Positions 10,197-19,893 of a stretch of DNA of 54,177 nt are shown here, piece by piece. How positions within the stretch are numbered: the stretch's first letter is position 1; each line of letters begins with the position of its first letter. The notes beneath the pieces were generated by a model. The model had not been told where the DNA came from and did no database searches. It saw nothing but the letters and a program-made list of their open reading frames with translations. Both the position numbers and the translations under genes were made by a program. Origin of the DNA: Deltaproteobacteria bacterium (lineage in GTDB: Bacteria; Desulfobacterota; GWC2-55-46; JADFVP01); assembly GCA_024275045.1 (NCBI GenBank), contig JAJRZX010000041.1:1-54177 (forward strand), given 5' to 3'.

Positions 10197-10417
10197 TTAA
10201 GTCCTCTTGTTTTTTGGGGACGCAACTACCTCGTTGAGCTCTTTCAGCACCTCTGCCATGTCTACATTATGTATGGTAGAGCCGAAGTAGATGTCTTCCT
10301 TCTCCGCTCCCGGGCAGGTAAAGCACCCGGCGCCAAAGTGTTTTATAAACACCCTGCGCGTCTCGGGATACTTTTCATTACCTCGCCTATGAGCATGTCT
10401 TTTGTAATGCTTGCCAT
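10197..10417 (-). pseudogene. DUF1858-family protein with a 1-nt frameshift (pseudogene or sequencing error); not in the ORF track
   Basis: MASITKDMLIGEVMK in one frame continues as KYPETRRVFIKHFGAGCFTCPGAEKEDIYFGSTIHNVDMAEVLKELNEVV in the -1 frame; the junction ATG AAA AG TAT lacks one A; GGAGG upstream. Confidence 0.8.
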
Positions 10418-10462
10418 GTTTTTTATCTCTGATCCTCCGGCCTGGACTTGTGTCTGAGTCCC

Positions 10463-11275
10463 TTACTTGTTGTCTTCAGGTTTTGGTACCTCACCGGTAC
10501 CGGGCTCTGCGGCAGGAGCAGAAGCCTGCACGGGCTTACTCTCTGTGCCGGCAGCGGCCTCAGCCTTAGGCGGAGTTGTATCCGCTTCTTTTGGAGCCGA
10601 GGTTTTTTCTGTTTTTGTTGCTCCCGAAGACGCAGCAGAAGAGGTCTCTGGTTTGCTCTCTTTTTTTGCCGCCTTCTTTGCCGTTGGCCTGGCCTTGCTT
10701 TTTGCCTTTGCAGCCGGTTTACCGGCCTTTGTTCCTGTTTTATCGGTACTCCTTTCCGTGCTCTTAACCTCTGTCTTTGCCGAAGACTCTGTTTTTTTCG
10801 TCTCCGCGGCCGCGGCGGCGGCAGGGGCTGCCTTTACCGGCGGTTTAGGCTTAGGTCTTACCGGCGGCCTTGGCGGCACCGGTGGCGCGGCCTTTACGGT
10901 CTTAAACATATTTACCGCAAAGAAGAGTATGGATACACCCTCTATAAGTGAGAATATATACAGTATATATCCTCCTCCGCCGGCGGAGCCGATGATTAAC
11001 CAGCCAAAGACCATGCCGATAAGGCCGATATTGGCAAGGTAAAAATGCCACGTGGATAGTCTCTCGCTCCAGAGCGGCTGGCCGCTGAATCTCGGCAGTA
11101 TGTGATAGGCCACTCCGTATATCATCATGGACATCCAGCCCAGGAGGTTGAAGTGTACGTGCATGGGTATGGATGGATAGGCTGCCCCTGTCCAGCTCAT
11201 GCGTATACCCAGCAGCATGGCGAGGACAAAGTAAATCATAGCGGCCCTTATGAACGCTACAGTAATCTTGCTCAT
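10463..11275 (-). CDS. Four-helix membrane protein resembling a fragment of heme-copper oxidase subunit I, with a long Pro/Ala/Lys/Glu/Thr-rich tail
   Basis: HVHFNLLGWMSMMIYGVAYHILPRFSG motif and 4 hydrophobic segments in about the first 125 aa, then low-complexity sequence. Confidence 0.75.
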   Translation of the reverse strand: MSKITVAFIRAAMIYFVLAMLLGIRMSWTGAAYPSIPMHVHFNLLGWMSMMIYGVAYHILPRFSGQPLWSERLSTWHFYLANIGLIGMVFGWLIIGSAGGGGYILYIFSLIEGVSILFFAVNMFKTVKAAPPVPPRPPVRPKPKPPVKAAPAAAAAAETKKTESSAKTEVKSTERSTDKTGTKAGKPAAKAKSKARPTAKKAAKKESKPETSSAASSGATKTEKTSAPKEADTTPPKAEAAAGTESKPVQASAPAAEPGTGEVPKPEDNK

Positions 11276-11304
11276 TTCTCACTTCCTTTTAGCGGTATTT
11301 GCTA

Positions 11305-11508
<204 letters not shown>

Positions 11509-11724
11509 TTACATCTTAATGAAGAGGGCCCTGGCTGGGTTTTCTCCATAGAAGCACCTTTGCAGGTATGCGCTCAGGCACCCCTCAGGACTCTCTTTAC
11601 AAGACAGCGTGGAAGGGGCGTCTGAGTTCGCCGCTTCGTACTCCGTCCCTCTCTTAAAACTCCCATATCGAGACAGCGACCCTGCTTCGTACTCTGTCCG
11701 GTTGCAAAGCCTGCTGACTCTTAT

Positions 11725-11952
11725 TTATGAGGAGCGAACTTCTTTTATCTCGGGGACCTTCTCTTTAATGGCCCTCTCAACGCCCATGGCAAGTGTAATC
11801 TGCGCGCTGGGACAACCTGAGCATGCGCCCTGGAGCTCTACCGTAACTATACCGTTCTCTTCGTCCAGGTCAACAAGCTCTACGTCTCCGCCGTCTGCCT
11901 GCAGGGCCGGACGAATGCCGCTGAGCGCCTCTTCTACTCTCTCTCTTAACAT
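11725..11952 (-). CDS. NifU/Nfu-type Fe-S carrier protein
   Basis: IRPALQADGGDVEL, GACSGCPSA; GGAGG RBS before ATG 11952. Confidence 0.93.
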   Translation of the reverse strand: MLRERVEEALSGIRPALQADGGDVELVDLDEENGIVTVELQGACSGCPSAQITLAMGVERAIKEKVPEIKEVRSS

Positions 11953-12118
11953 GGTATATACCTCCATTTATTTTATACTTAAGTTTATATCATAGAATAT
12001 GACGCTTTCAAGCCTTTTAATATGATTTCTGTCATGGTACTCAATATAAATTTTCATTATTATCCTTTATTTTTAATGCGCTCTGGTCTCTCCGGCCGTG
12101 ATGATAAGGCCGCTCGTC

Positions 12119-12202
12119 TTGACACGGCAGGTATGGCGATGTAAAATAAGCTATGTGGCAGAAAAGAAAGTTCTTGACAAGTGAACTCCGAGACTGTATC
12201 TT
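12119..12202 (+). promoter_or_regulatory. Two tandem sigma70 promoters upstream of the monoheme cytochrome c
   Basis: TTGACA-17-TAAAAT (12119-12147) and TTGACA-17-TATCTT (12174-12202). Confidence 0.65.
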
Positions 12203-12250
12203 TCACGGAAACACTCATTTTAATTTAGCATCTAAAAAGGAGGCATTATT

Positions 12251-12586
12251 ATGCGCAAATTGATCGGGGTTGGTGTAGTTGCATTAGGTCTTGTCTTTGC
12301 CGGTTCAGCTATGGCTAATGACGGGGCTTCGTTATATAAGTCTAAATGTCTTCCCTGCCATGGCGCTGCCGGAGCAGGTACGGCAATGGCTCCCGGCTTT
12401 CAGGGCAGTGCTTTTCTTAAAGGCGCCTCAAAGGCCGATATCGCCGCTGTTATAAAAGACGGCCGCGCAGGAGCACAGAAGAAGTACAAGAAGTTCGCCC
12501 TCTCCATGCCTCCGTGGAAGGCCTCTCTCAAGGACGCTCAGATAGACGCCATCGCTGATTATCTGAAGACCCTCGCTAGCAAGTAA
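12251..12586 (+). CDS. Periplasmic monoheme class I cytochrome c
   Basis: Signal peptide ending AMA, CLPCH, candidate distal Met in SMPPW; AAGGAGG RBS; Lys-rich. Confidence 0.92.
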   Translation: MRKLIGVGVVALGLVFAGSAMANDGASLYKSKCLPCHGAAGAGTAMAPGFQGSAFLKGASKADIAAVIKDGRAGAQKKYKKFALSMPPWKASLKDAQIDAIADYLKTLASK

Positions 12587-12610
12587 GACTTCTCATATCA
12601 TAAGAGTTGC

Positions 12611-12638
12611 AAAAAACCCGGCCTTGGCCGGGTTTTTT
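12611..12638 (+). terminator. Intrinsic terminator
   Basis: AAAAAACCCGGCC-TT-GGCCGGGTTTTTT. Confidence 0.85.
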
Positions 12639-12759
12639 GCTTCTTTTCCCTTACCTGAGCCTTAACCTTTGCCGCTGCACCGCATCATCTTCTATCTCTT
12701 CCATGCGCTAAAGCCCCTCAGAAAGCACCTTGCTGCAGGCAGAAAATATGATTACTTCA

Positions 12760-12788
12760 TTGACAAAGGCGGTAAAATCGATAATAAT
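12760..12788 (+). promoter_or_regulatory. Putative sigma70 promoter
   Basis: TTGACA-17-AATAAT upstream of the activase gene. Confidence 0.5.
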
Positions 12789-12953
12789 TATTTTTCAATA
12801 CAATAAAGTGGATATTCAGGACTTTGCCCGTCTTGAATGTGGCGTTTTTTTCTATGTAAAATTTTATATCAGCACAAATACAAAGGCGCCATAAAAGCCC
12901 TTTAATATAAATATAACCAGATGAGCAGTAAGCCACTCCGCGGGAGGCATGAT

Positions 12954-15900
12954 TTGAGTAAGAAAGATATTATCTATGTAGGTATGGATGTAGGCTCAGT
13001 AAGCGCCGACACTGTTATACTTGATGAGAATAGAAACATTCTTGAAGAACATTATACCAGGACCGAGGGCGAGCCCCTTGAGACATCGCTCACCCTTTTA
13101 AAGGACATTATCTCACGGTACGGTGAGGGCAATATTGCCCTTGTATCCGTTACCGGCGCAGGCGGCAAGCTCATTGCCCCGCTCATCGGCGCAACCTTTA
13201 CCAACGAGGTTATAGCCCAGGCCAGGGCCGTTGAGACATATCACCCAGATGTGAGGACTGTAATCGAGATAGGCGGTCAGGACGCCAAGCTCATATTTTT
13301 GCGCTCTGAAGGCGGCAAGCTCAGCATAGAGGACTTTCAGATGAACTCTGTCTGCGCCGCGGGCACGGGCAGCTTTCTTGACCAGCAGGCCATACGCATG
13401 GGGCTTACCATTGAAGATTTCGGCCTCCTTGCCCTTAAGAGCAAGAACCCGCCGCGTGTAGCCGGACGTTGCAGCGTATTCGCCAAGAGCGATATGATAC
13501 ACCTGCAGCAGATAGCCACCCCTGATTACGATATTATCGCGGGGCTCTGTTACGCTGTTGCCCGTAACTTTAAATCCACAATAGGCAGAGGTAAGGAGTT
13601 TTTCCCTCCTGTATCATTTCAGGGCGGAGTTGCCGCCAACCTTGGCGTAAGAAAGGCCTTTAAAGAGATACTCGAGCTTAGCGATGAGCAGTATATAATC
13701 CCCAAGCATTTTGCCTCCATGGGCGCCCTTGGCGCGGTCTTTAATAACCTTGATAAGCAAAAGGGGCTGGGCGACTTTAAGGGCGTTGCGGCGCTTGAAG
13801 AGTTTATCCGGGGCGGACGCACAAGCGATAAATCCCTTGACAGGCTTGAGAGGCCAACGGGCCACCCCTCCGAGGATACTACAAAGACGGGTTATAAGCT
13901 TACCCCCGGAGAGCGCGTGCCTGCGTACATGGGCATAGACGTTGGCTCTACTTCTACGAACGTCATCCTTATAGACAAGGACATGAAGCTAATCACAAAG
14001 AGCTACCTGCCAACGGCGGGCCGGCCCCTTGATGCCATAAAGAACGGTTTTAATGAGGTATATGAAGAAGTAGGCGACCGCGTCGAGGTTATGGGCGTGG
14101 GCACCACGGGATCGGGTCGCTACCTTGCAGGTGACTTTGTTGGCGCGGATTGTATGCGTAACGAGATTACGGCTCAGGCCGTTGCCGCCGCCGTAATAGA
14201 CCCGAAGGTGGATACCATCTTCGAGATAGGCGGTCAGGATTCCAAGTACATAGCCCTTGACGACAGCGTGGTAGTGGACTTTGAGATGAACAAGGTCTGC
14301 GCCGCGGGCACGGGCAGCTTTCTTGAAGAACAGGCCGAGAGGCTTGGCATAAGCATTAAGGGCGAGTTCAGCGATATGGCCCTTGACTGCACGGCTCCGC
14401 CCTCCATGGGAGAGAGATGCACGGTATTTATCGAGTCTGATATGGTGAACCATCAGCAAAAAGGCGTTGGAAAAGACGGCCTTGTTGCAGGGCTTGCATA
14501 CTCCATTGTCCTTAACTACCTTAACAGGGTTGTAGGGGACAGGCGTATCGGCAACCACATATTCTTCCAGGGCGGCACGGCGGCAAACCTGGCTGTAGTA
14601 GCGGCCTTTGAGAAGGTTACGGGAAAGAAGATTACCGTTCCCGAGCATCACGATGTTACAGGGGCCATAGGTGTAGCCATACTTGCGCTGCAGGAGATGA
14701 AAGAGGGGCAGCGTACGAAGTTCAGCGGTTTTGACCTTGGAAGTAAAAAACACACCATTGATACCTTTGATTGTACGGATTGCTCTAATGTATGTAATAT
14801 CCGTAAAGTCGTAGTAGACGGGTCCAATCCCATTTATTACGGCGGAAGGTGTGATAAGTACGATGTAAAGGACGGGTCCGAGAAAAAGATAGACCTGCCG
14901 GACCTTTATAAGGAGAGGGAAAAGTTCCTCTACGGCACGTACAGGGGAAAGATAGCCGCAAAGGACGCTCCCGTAATTGGTCTACCCAGAATACTCATGA
15001 TGCACGAGCTCTATCCTTTCTGGAAGGCATTCTTTGATACGCTGGGTTTCAGGGTGCAGCTAAGCTCGCCTACGAGTAAAGATATTATAAAAAACGGTCT
15101 TGAGAAGGTAGTCTCTGAGACCTGTTTTCCCGTTAAGGTTTCTCACGGCCATGTTACGGATCTTCTTGAAAAAGGTCTTAAGAAGATATTCCTTCCAAGC
15201 CTTGTTAATATGCCTCCCGCGAGAGAGGGCGATAACCATACGGTCCTCTGCCCTTACATTCAGGCCCTGCCCTATTACATGGAGTCTGCCTTTAAGTTCG
15301 GGGACCTTGACGGCGTGGAGGTAATAAAACCTGTTATTCATTTTAATCAGAGCATGTCCGGCATTAAGAAGGAGTTCGCGGCCCTTGGGCGCACCCTTGG
15401 TAAGTCCAGACGTGATGTGGACAAGGCACTTAAGGCTGCCTTTGGCGCATGGGACGAGTTCCGTGGAAGCCTCATAGCGCGCGGCAAAGAGGTCATGGAC
15501 AGCCTTGATAAAGACACCGTGGCACTTGTCATTGTGGGCAGAGCCTACAATACGGCGGACTCTGGCATTAACCTTGAGCTGCCCAAGAAACTTCGCGAGA
15601 TGGGCACCCTTGCCATACCCTTTGATATGCTGCCCCTTGATTCCGTAATGGATGATGTTATTGCAAAGGATATGTACTGGAAGAGCGGGCAGAGGATTAT
15701 GGGGGTACAGAAGATAACAAGGGATGATAACCGTCTCTTCTCCGTATACCTTACGAATTTTGGCTGCGGCCCGGATTCCCTTATTACGCATTTTTACCGC
15801 GACGCCTCAAAGGGTAAACCCTTCCTTCAGCTTGAGATAGATGAGCACTCAGCAGACGCCGGGGCCATCACCCGCTGCGAGGCCTACCTTGACAGCATCA

Positions 15901-17195
15901 GAAACGTGAGGGACAAGATTCAGAAAGACACAAAGGTTCGCACTGTCCTTGAGAGGACGAATATTAAGAAAAAAATATTCCTTCCCTACATGGCTGATGG
16001 GGCCTACGGCATAGCCGCTGCCTTTGAGGCCTGCGGCGTGGAGGCCGAGGTAATGCCCATGCCAGATGAGGAGAGCCTTACCTGGGGCCGCCGCTATACC
16101 TCTGGGCGTGAGTGTTTTCCCTGTATCGTTACCACAGGCGACATGATGAAGGTCTTGAAGAGAGATGACTTTGACCCCAAGAAGAGCGCCTTTTTTATGC
16201 CCTCGGGCAACGGCCCCTGCAGGTTCGGTCAGTACAACCGTTATCAGCGCCTTATCCTTGATGAGGTAGGTTCAAAGGAGGTTCCAATCTACGCCCCGGA
16301 TCAGGACGGCACCTTTTATAAGGAGCTGGGCATGGTTGGCGGAAATTTCCCGCGCCTTGCATGGTGGGGCATAGTAGCCGTAGATCTCCTTGAAAAACTC
16401 CTTCGTGAGACAAGGCCATACGAGCAGCACGCAGGAGAGACGGAGAAGGTCTACTGGAGCTCTGTCTGGCGGGTATGCGACGCCATACGTGCCAAGCGTT
16501 TCCCTGATAAGGAGATGAAGATAGCAAGAGACGCCTTCAGGATGGTGGCGGTAAAAGACCCCGGCACAAGACCTGTTGTAGGTGTGGTAGGTGAGATATA
16601 TGTGAGAAATAACCGCTTCAGCAACGAGGACCTTGTGCTTAAACTCGAGGCCCTTGGCGCAGAGGTCATGCTTCCCACGGTCTCGGAGTGGATATTCTAC
16701 ACAAACTTCACCTCCAAGAGAAATACCCTGAAGAGAAAAGACTACGGCGACTTTTTGCGTACGGTAACTAATAACTTCTTCCAGCACAAGGACGAGAGAA
16801 AGCTTGAGAAGATAATCGTGGGAGACCTCAGGAGCGGCCATGAGGCAGGCACTGAGGAGATTATCAAGAACGCCGAGCCTTATATACACGATTCCTTTGA
16901 GGGCGAGGCCGTCTTAAGCGTGGGCAAAGCCATTGATTATATCTCTCACGGCGTAAGCGGCATTGTTAATGCCATGCCATTTACCTGTATGCCGGGCACT
17001 GTTGTTAACGCCATGCTCAAAAAACTTCGTGAAGATAACCATAACATTCCGTACCTGAATATGGTCTACGAGGGCATGGAGACGGCCAATACCATTACGC
17101 GTATGGAGGCCTTTGTTCATCAAGCCCATGACTTTAAGTCAAGAGTAGGTGAGAGGGGCAAGAAAGACCACGGTGTAAACAAGGCCGCCGGCTGA
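12954..17195 (+). CDS. Multidomain acyl-CoA dehydratase activase-like protein (two BadF/BadG/BcrA/BcrD ATPase domains, DUF2229 and dehydratase-like C-terminal region)
   Basis: Two copies of GxDVGS...EIGGQD.K...MN.VCAAGTGSFL...RC.VF; ETCFPVKV.HGH, NFGCGPDS, LEIDEH, GPCRFGQY, PFTCMPG; TTG start after GGGAGG (track uses ATG 12921). Confidence 0.9.
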   Translation: MSKKDIIYVGMDVGSVSADTVILDENRNILEEHYTRTEGEPLETSLTLLKDIISRYGEGNIALVSVTGAGGKLIAPLIGATFTNEVIAQARAVETYHPDVRTVIEIGGQDAKLIFLRSEGGKLSIEDFQMNSVCAAGTGSFLDQQAIRMGLTIEDFGLLALKSKNPPRVAGRCSVFAKSDMIHLQQIATPDYDIIAGLCYAVARNFKSTIGRGKEFFPPVSFQGGVAANLGVRKAFKEILELSDEQYIIPKHFASMGALGAVFNNLDKQKGLGDFKGVAALEEFIRGGRTSDKSLDRLERPTGHPSEDTTKTGYKLTPGERVPAYMGIDVGSTSTNVILIDKDMKLITKSYLPTAGRPLDAIKNGFNEVYEEVGDRVEVMGVGTTGSGRYLAGDFVGADCMRNEITAQAVAAAVIDPKVDTIFEIGGQDSKYIALDDSVVVDFEMNKVCAAGTGSFLEEQAERLGISIKGEFSDMALDCTAPPSMGERCTVFIESDMVNHQQKGVGKDGLVAGLAYSIVLNYLNRVVGDRRIGNHIFFQGGTAANLAVVAAFEKVTGKKITVPEHHDVTGAIGVAILALQEMKEGQRTKFSGFDLGSKKHTIDTFDCTDCSNVCNIRKVVVDGSNPIYYGGRCDKYDVKDGSEKKIDLPDLYKEREKFLYGTYRGKIAAKDAPVIGLPRILMMHELYPFWKAFFDTLGFRVQLSSPTSKDIIKNGLEKVVSETCFPVKVSHGHVTDLLEKGLKKIFLPSLVNMPPAREGDNHTVLCPYIQALPYYMESAFKFGDLDGVEVIKPVIHFNQSMSGIKKEFAALGRTLGKSRRDVDKALKAAFGAWDEFRGSLIARGKEVMDSLDKDTVALVIVGRAYNTADSGINLELPKKLREMGTLAIPFDMLPLDSVMDDVIAKDMYWKSGQRIMGVQKITRDDNRLFSVYLTNFGCGPDSLITHFYRDASKGKPFLQLEIDEHSADAGAITRCEAYLDSIRNVRDKIQKDTKVRTVLERTNIKKKIFLPYMADGAYGIAAAFEACGVEAEVMPMPDEESLTWGRRYTSGRECFPCIVTTGDMMKVLKRDDFDPKKSAFFMPSGNGPCRFGQYNRYQRLILDEVGSKEVPIYAPDQDGTFYKELGMVGGNFPRLAWWGIVAVDLLEKLLRETRPYEQHAGETEKVYWSSVWRVCDAIRAKRFPDKEMKIARDAFRMVAVKDPGTRPVVGVVGEIYVRNNRFSNEDLVLKLEALGAEVMLPTVSEWIFYTNFTSKRNTLKRKDYGDFLRTVTNNFFQHKDERKLEKIIVGDLRSGHEAGTEEIIKNAEPYIHDSFEGEAVLSVGKAIDYISHGVSGIVNAMPFTCMPGTVVNAMLKKLREDNHNIPYLNMVYEGMETANTITRMEAFVHQAHDFKSRVGERGKKDHGVNKAAG

Positions 17196-17217
17196 TAAAG
17201 GTTTCTTTTTTTAAAAG

Positions 17218-17311
17218 TTTAGCTGGGCGCAAGGTGTATGTTCAGTGAATCTGCACTTGTTCCCACATTGGTTTTCTTTGTCTTACTTTCTTTTTTCTAA
17301 AAGAAAGTAAG
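17218..17311 (+). repeat. Dispersed hairpin repeat, copy 1
   Basis: CACTTGTTCCCACATTGGTTTTCTTTGTCTTACTTTCTTTT-TTCT-AAAAGAAAGTAAG; related copies at about 19701-19877 and 26534-26628. Confidence 0.75.
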
Positions 17312-17381
17312 AGGATTAAGTATATGAGGGGCGTTAGATGAGGATTTTCTCTCTAACGCCCTTCTCTTATAAAGGGGTCTA

Positions 17382-18437
17382 ATGGATTTATTGGTTTATC
17401 TCTTGGCGGGGCTTTTTCTCGTTGTGCTTTTTATCATTGTCTTTTTTATCGGTAAAAGCCGTTCCTCTAATAGTGCTGAGCGTTATGAGGCATTAAGGAG
17501 CGAGCTTAACACCACCCTTGTATCTCAGATGAGCGAGTTATCAAAGACCGTAAATACTCAGCTCTCTTCTGTAACAAGCCAGTTAAACAGCCATTCGGGT
17601 CAGATTAGCAGCCGCATGGATAATGCCACTCGTATTATGGGTGATGTGAAGCACGACCTTGGCGCGTTATCACGTGTTACATCGGAGCTATCGGATATAG
17701 GCCGTGATATCTCAGGGCTTGGCGATATCCTCGGCGCACCAAAACCCAGGGGCGGACTTGGTGAGTTTATGCTGGCGGATTTGCTGGCAAGTTGCCTGCC
17801 CGCTAAATCCTTTGGCCTTCAGTTTACCTTTAGAAGCGGACGCAGAGTTGATGCCGTGGTAAGACTCTCAGGCGGGCTGCTGCCCGTGGACTCCAAGTTT
17901 CCTCTTGAGAATTTTTCAAGGATTCTCAGTGCCGATAATGATGATGAGAAGAATCGTGCCAAAAAGAAATTTGTCTCTGACTGCCGCTCTCATATTGATA
18001 CCATAGCCGCCGCTTATATCCTGCCAGAGGAGGGCACGCTGGACTTTGCACTTATGTACGTGCCTGCCGAGAATGTTTATTACGAGATGATACTCAGCGG
18101 CGGACTTACAGAGTACGCCTTTGGGAAAAAAGTAATACCTGTATCTCCAAATACCTTTTATCTCTATTTGCAGACCATACTCATGGGGCTTAAGGGTGTG
18201 GAGATAAGTAAGCGTACAAGAGAGATACGAGAGGGCCTTGCGCGCCTTGGCAATGATTTTGAGGACCTTATCCCTGATTTTGATCTTCTTGGCCGCCACC
18301 TTCGTAACGCCGCCGTAAAACACGATGACATGGGGCGCAAGGTGCGGGGTTTTGGTAGCGCCATTAGAGACCTCTCCATGGGAGGTGAAGAAGGCGAGAA
18401 GGAGCCCCATGAAGATAACGGCGATGGAAGACCTTGA
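17382..18437 (+). CDS. rmuC: DNA recombination protein RmuC
   Basis: N-terminal TM and coiled coil; RGGLGEFML, VDSKFP, YILPEEGTLDFALMYVPAE, VSPNT. Confidence 0.93.
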   Translation: MDLLVYLLAGLFLVVLFIIVFFIGKSRSSNSAERYEALRSELNTTLVSQMSELSKTVNTQLSSVTSQLNSHSGQISSRMDNATRIMGDVKHDLGALSRVTSELSDIGRDISGLGDILGAPKPRGGLGEFMLADLLASCLPAKSFGLQFTFRSGRRVDAVVRLSGGLLPVDSKFPLENFSRILSADNDDEKNRAKKKFVSDCRSHIDTIAAAYILPEEGTLDFALMYVPAENVYYEMILSGGLTEYAFGKKVIPVSPNTFYLYLQTILMGLKGVEISKRTREIREGLARLGNDFEDLIPDFDLLGRHLRNAAVKHDDMGRKVRGFGSAIRDLSMGGEEGEKEPHEDNGDGRP

Positions 18438-18480
18438 CCGGATAACCTGTTTATCTTAAGATAAAGAAAACCAATAGCTT

Positions 18481-18637
18481 GTAGGGCGGGCTATGCCAAC
18501 CATAAATATTATCTAACGGGCCTTGTGAAAGCCGTGTAGCTTGGTAGTCTTGTAGGGTGGGCACGGCCCACCAAAAAAAATATCCAATCGGCCTTGTCAA
18601 AGCCTTGTAGGTTGGGTAGTGCGTAGCGCAACCCATC
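18481..18637 (+). repeat. Cluster of three GTAG-type REP-like palindromes
   Basis: GTAGGGCGGGCTATGCCAACC, GTAGGGTGGGCACGGCCCACC and GTAGGTTGGGTAGTGCGTAGCGCAACCCATC, with a repeated linker GGCCTTGT(G/C)AAAGCC(G/T)TGTAG. Confidence 0.8.
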
Positions 18638-18678
18638 AATAATAGCAATCATTTAAAACCACGGAGAATATCAAAAAC

Positions 18679-19698
18679 GTGAAAAAAGAAAAATACAACA
18701 TCGCCGTTGTGGGCGCTACGGGCATGGTAGGTAAGGAAATAGTCAAGATACTCGAAGAGAGGAAATTCCCAGTAGGCGAGCTTCGGCTGCTGGCCTCAAC
18801 TCGAAGCGCCGGAACTGATGCCTACTTTAACGGGAAAAAAGTCTCCGTAAAACTCCTTGATGACGAGACCTTTGAGGATATTGATATAGGGCTATTTAGC
18901 CCTGGGGCGAGCGTATCAAAAATATTCGCACCAAAGGCCGCCGCCGCGGGCTGTGTTGTAGTGGATAATACGAGCCAGTTCCGCATGGACGCTGACGTAC
19001 CTCTTGTGGTGCCCGAGGTCAACCCCGAGGATATTGCCCTCTATACAAAGAAAAATATCATCGCCAACCCCAACTGCTCTACCATACAGATGGTTACGGC
19101 CCTAAAACCCATTCATGACCAATTCGTCATTAAGCGCGTGGTGGTGGCCACGTATCAGGCCGTCTCAGGCGCGGGCAAAGACGCCATGAAGGAGTTATCA
19201 GGACAGGTGCGCAGCCTCTTTAGCATGAAGAGCCCTGAGACAAAAATTTTCTCTCAGCAGATTGCCTTTAATTGTCTGCCCCATATAGACGTCTTTCTTG
19301 AGGACGGCTCCACAAAAGAAGAAGAGAAGATGGTGGAGGAGACAAAAAAGATACTTGATAAAAAAATAAAACTAACGGCCACGGCCGTGCGTGTGCCTGT
19401 ATTCGTTGGCCACTCCGAGGCCGTAAATATAGAGACGAAAAAACCCGTCACCGTGGAAGAGGCCCGCAGCGTGCTTGCCGCGGCTCCCGGTGTAAAGGTA
19501 GTTGACGAGGTTGCCAAGAATGTCTACCCAACGGCCATTGAGGCCTCCGAGGAGGACGAGGTCTTTGTAGGTAGAATCCGCATAGACCCTACCGTGAAGA
19601 ACGGCCTTAATATGTGGATAGTCTCTGATAACCTCAGAAAGGGCGCGGCCCTTAACGCCGTTCAGATTGCCGAGATACTAATAAAGGATTATCTTTAA
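18679..19698 (+). CDS. asd: Aspartate-semialdehyde dehydrogenase
   Basis: AVVGATGMVG, IANPNCST, TYQAVSGAG, RVPVFVGHSE, DNLRKGAALNAVQIAE. Confidence 0.98.
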   Translation: MKKEKYNIAVVGATGMVGKEIVKILEERKFPVGELRLLASTRSAGTDAYFNGKKVSVKLLDDETFEDIDIGLFSPGASVSKIFAPKAAAAGCVVVDNTSQFRMDADVPLVVPEVNPEDIALYTKKNIIANPNCSTIQMVTALKPIHDQFVIKRVVVATYQAVSGAGKDAMKELSGQVRSLFSMKSPETKIFSQQIAFNCLPHIDVFLEDGSTKEEEKMVEETKKILDKKIKLTATAVRVPVFVGHSEAVNIETKKPVTVEEARSVLAAAPGVKVVDEVAKNVYPTAIEASEEDEVFVGRIRIDPTVKNGLNMWIVSDNLRKGAALNAVQIAEILIKDYL

Positions 19699-19700
19699 AG

Positions 19701-19877
19701 GTTTAGCGGGGCGCATATCGCAAGTTCAGCGTGGGAACATCTGCCCCTTTTGGTTTTCTTTGCAGATATTTTTTAAGTGTTAATTTATTCTCTTACCTGC
19801 GCTATATCCCATAAGAGCAGAGGAAGACTGCAGCCCGATCAAAAAACTTTCTTTTTTCCAAAAGAAAGTAAGGGGGT
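19701..19877 (+). repeat. Dispersed hairpin repeat, copy 2 (interrupted by about 80 nt)
   Basis: TTTAGCGGGGCGCA...TTGGTTTTCTTTG...ACTTTCTTTTTTCCAAAAGAAAGTAAGGGGGT. Confidence 0.65.
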
Positions 19878-19893
19878 GAGTCTTTAAAAAAAC

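Noticed and set aside
9918-11042. Plus-strand ORFs of 167-191 aa
   Set aside because: They mirror the minus-strand DUF542, DUF1858 and low-complexity tail sequences, which carry the real motifs and RBSs.
18481-18637. Possible CRISPR array
   Set aside because: Units are not identical, the linkers are themselves repeated and no cas genes are present; it fits REP elements.
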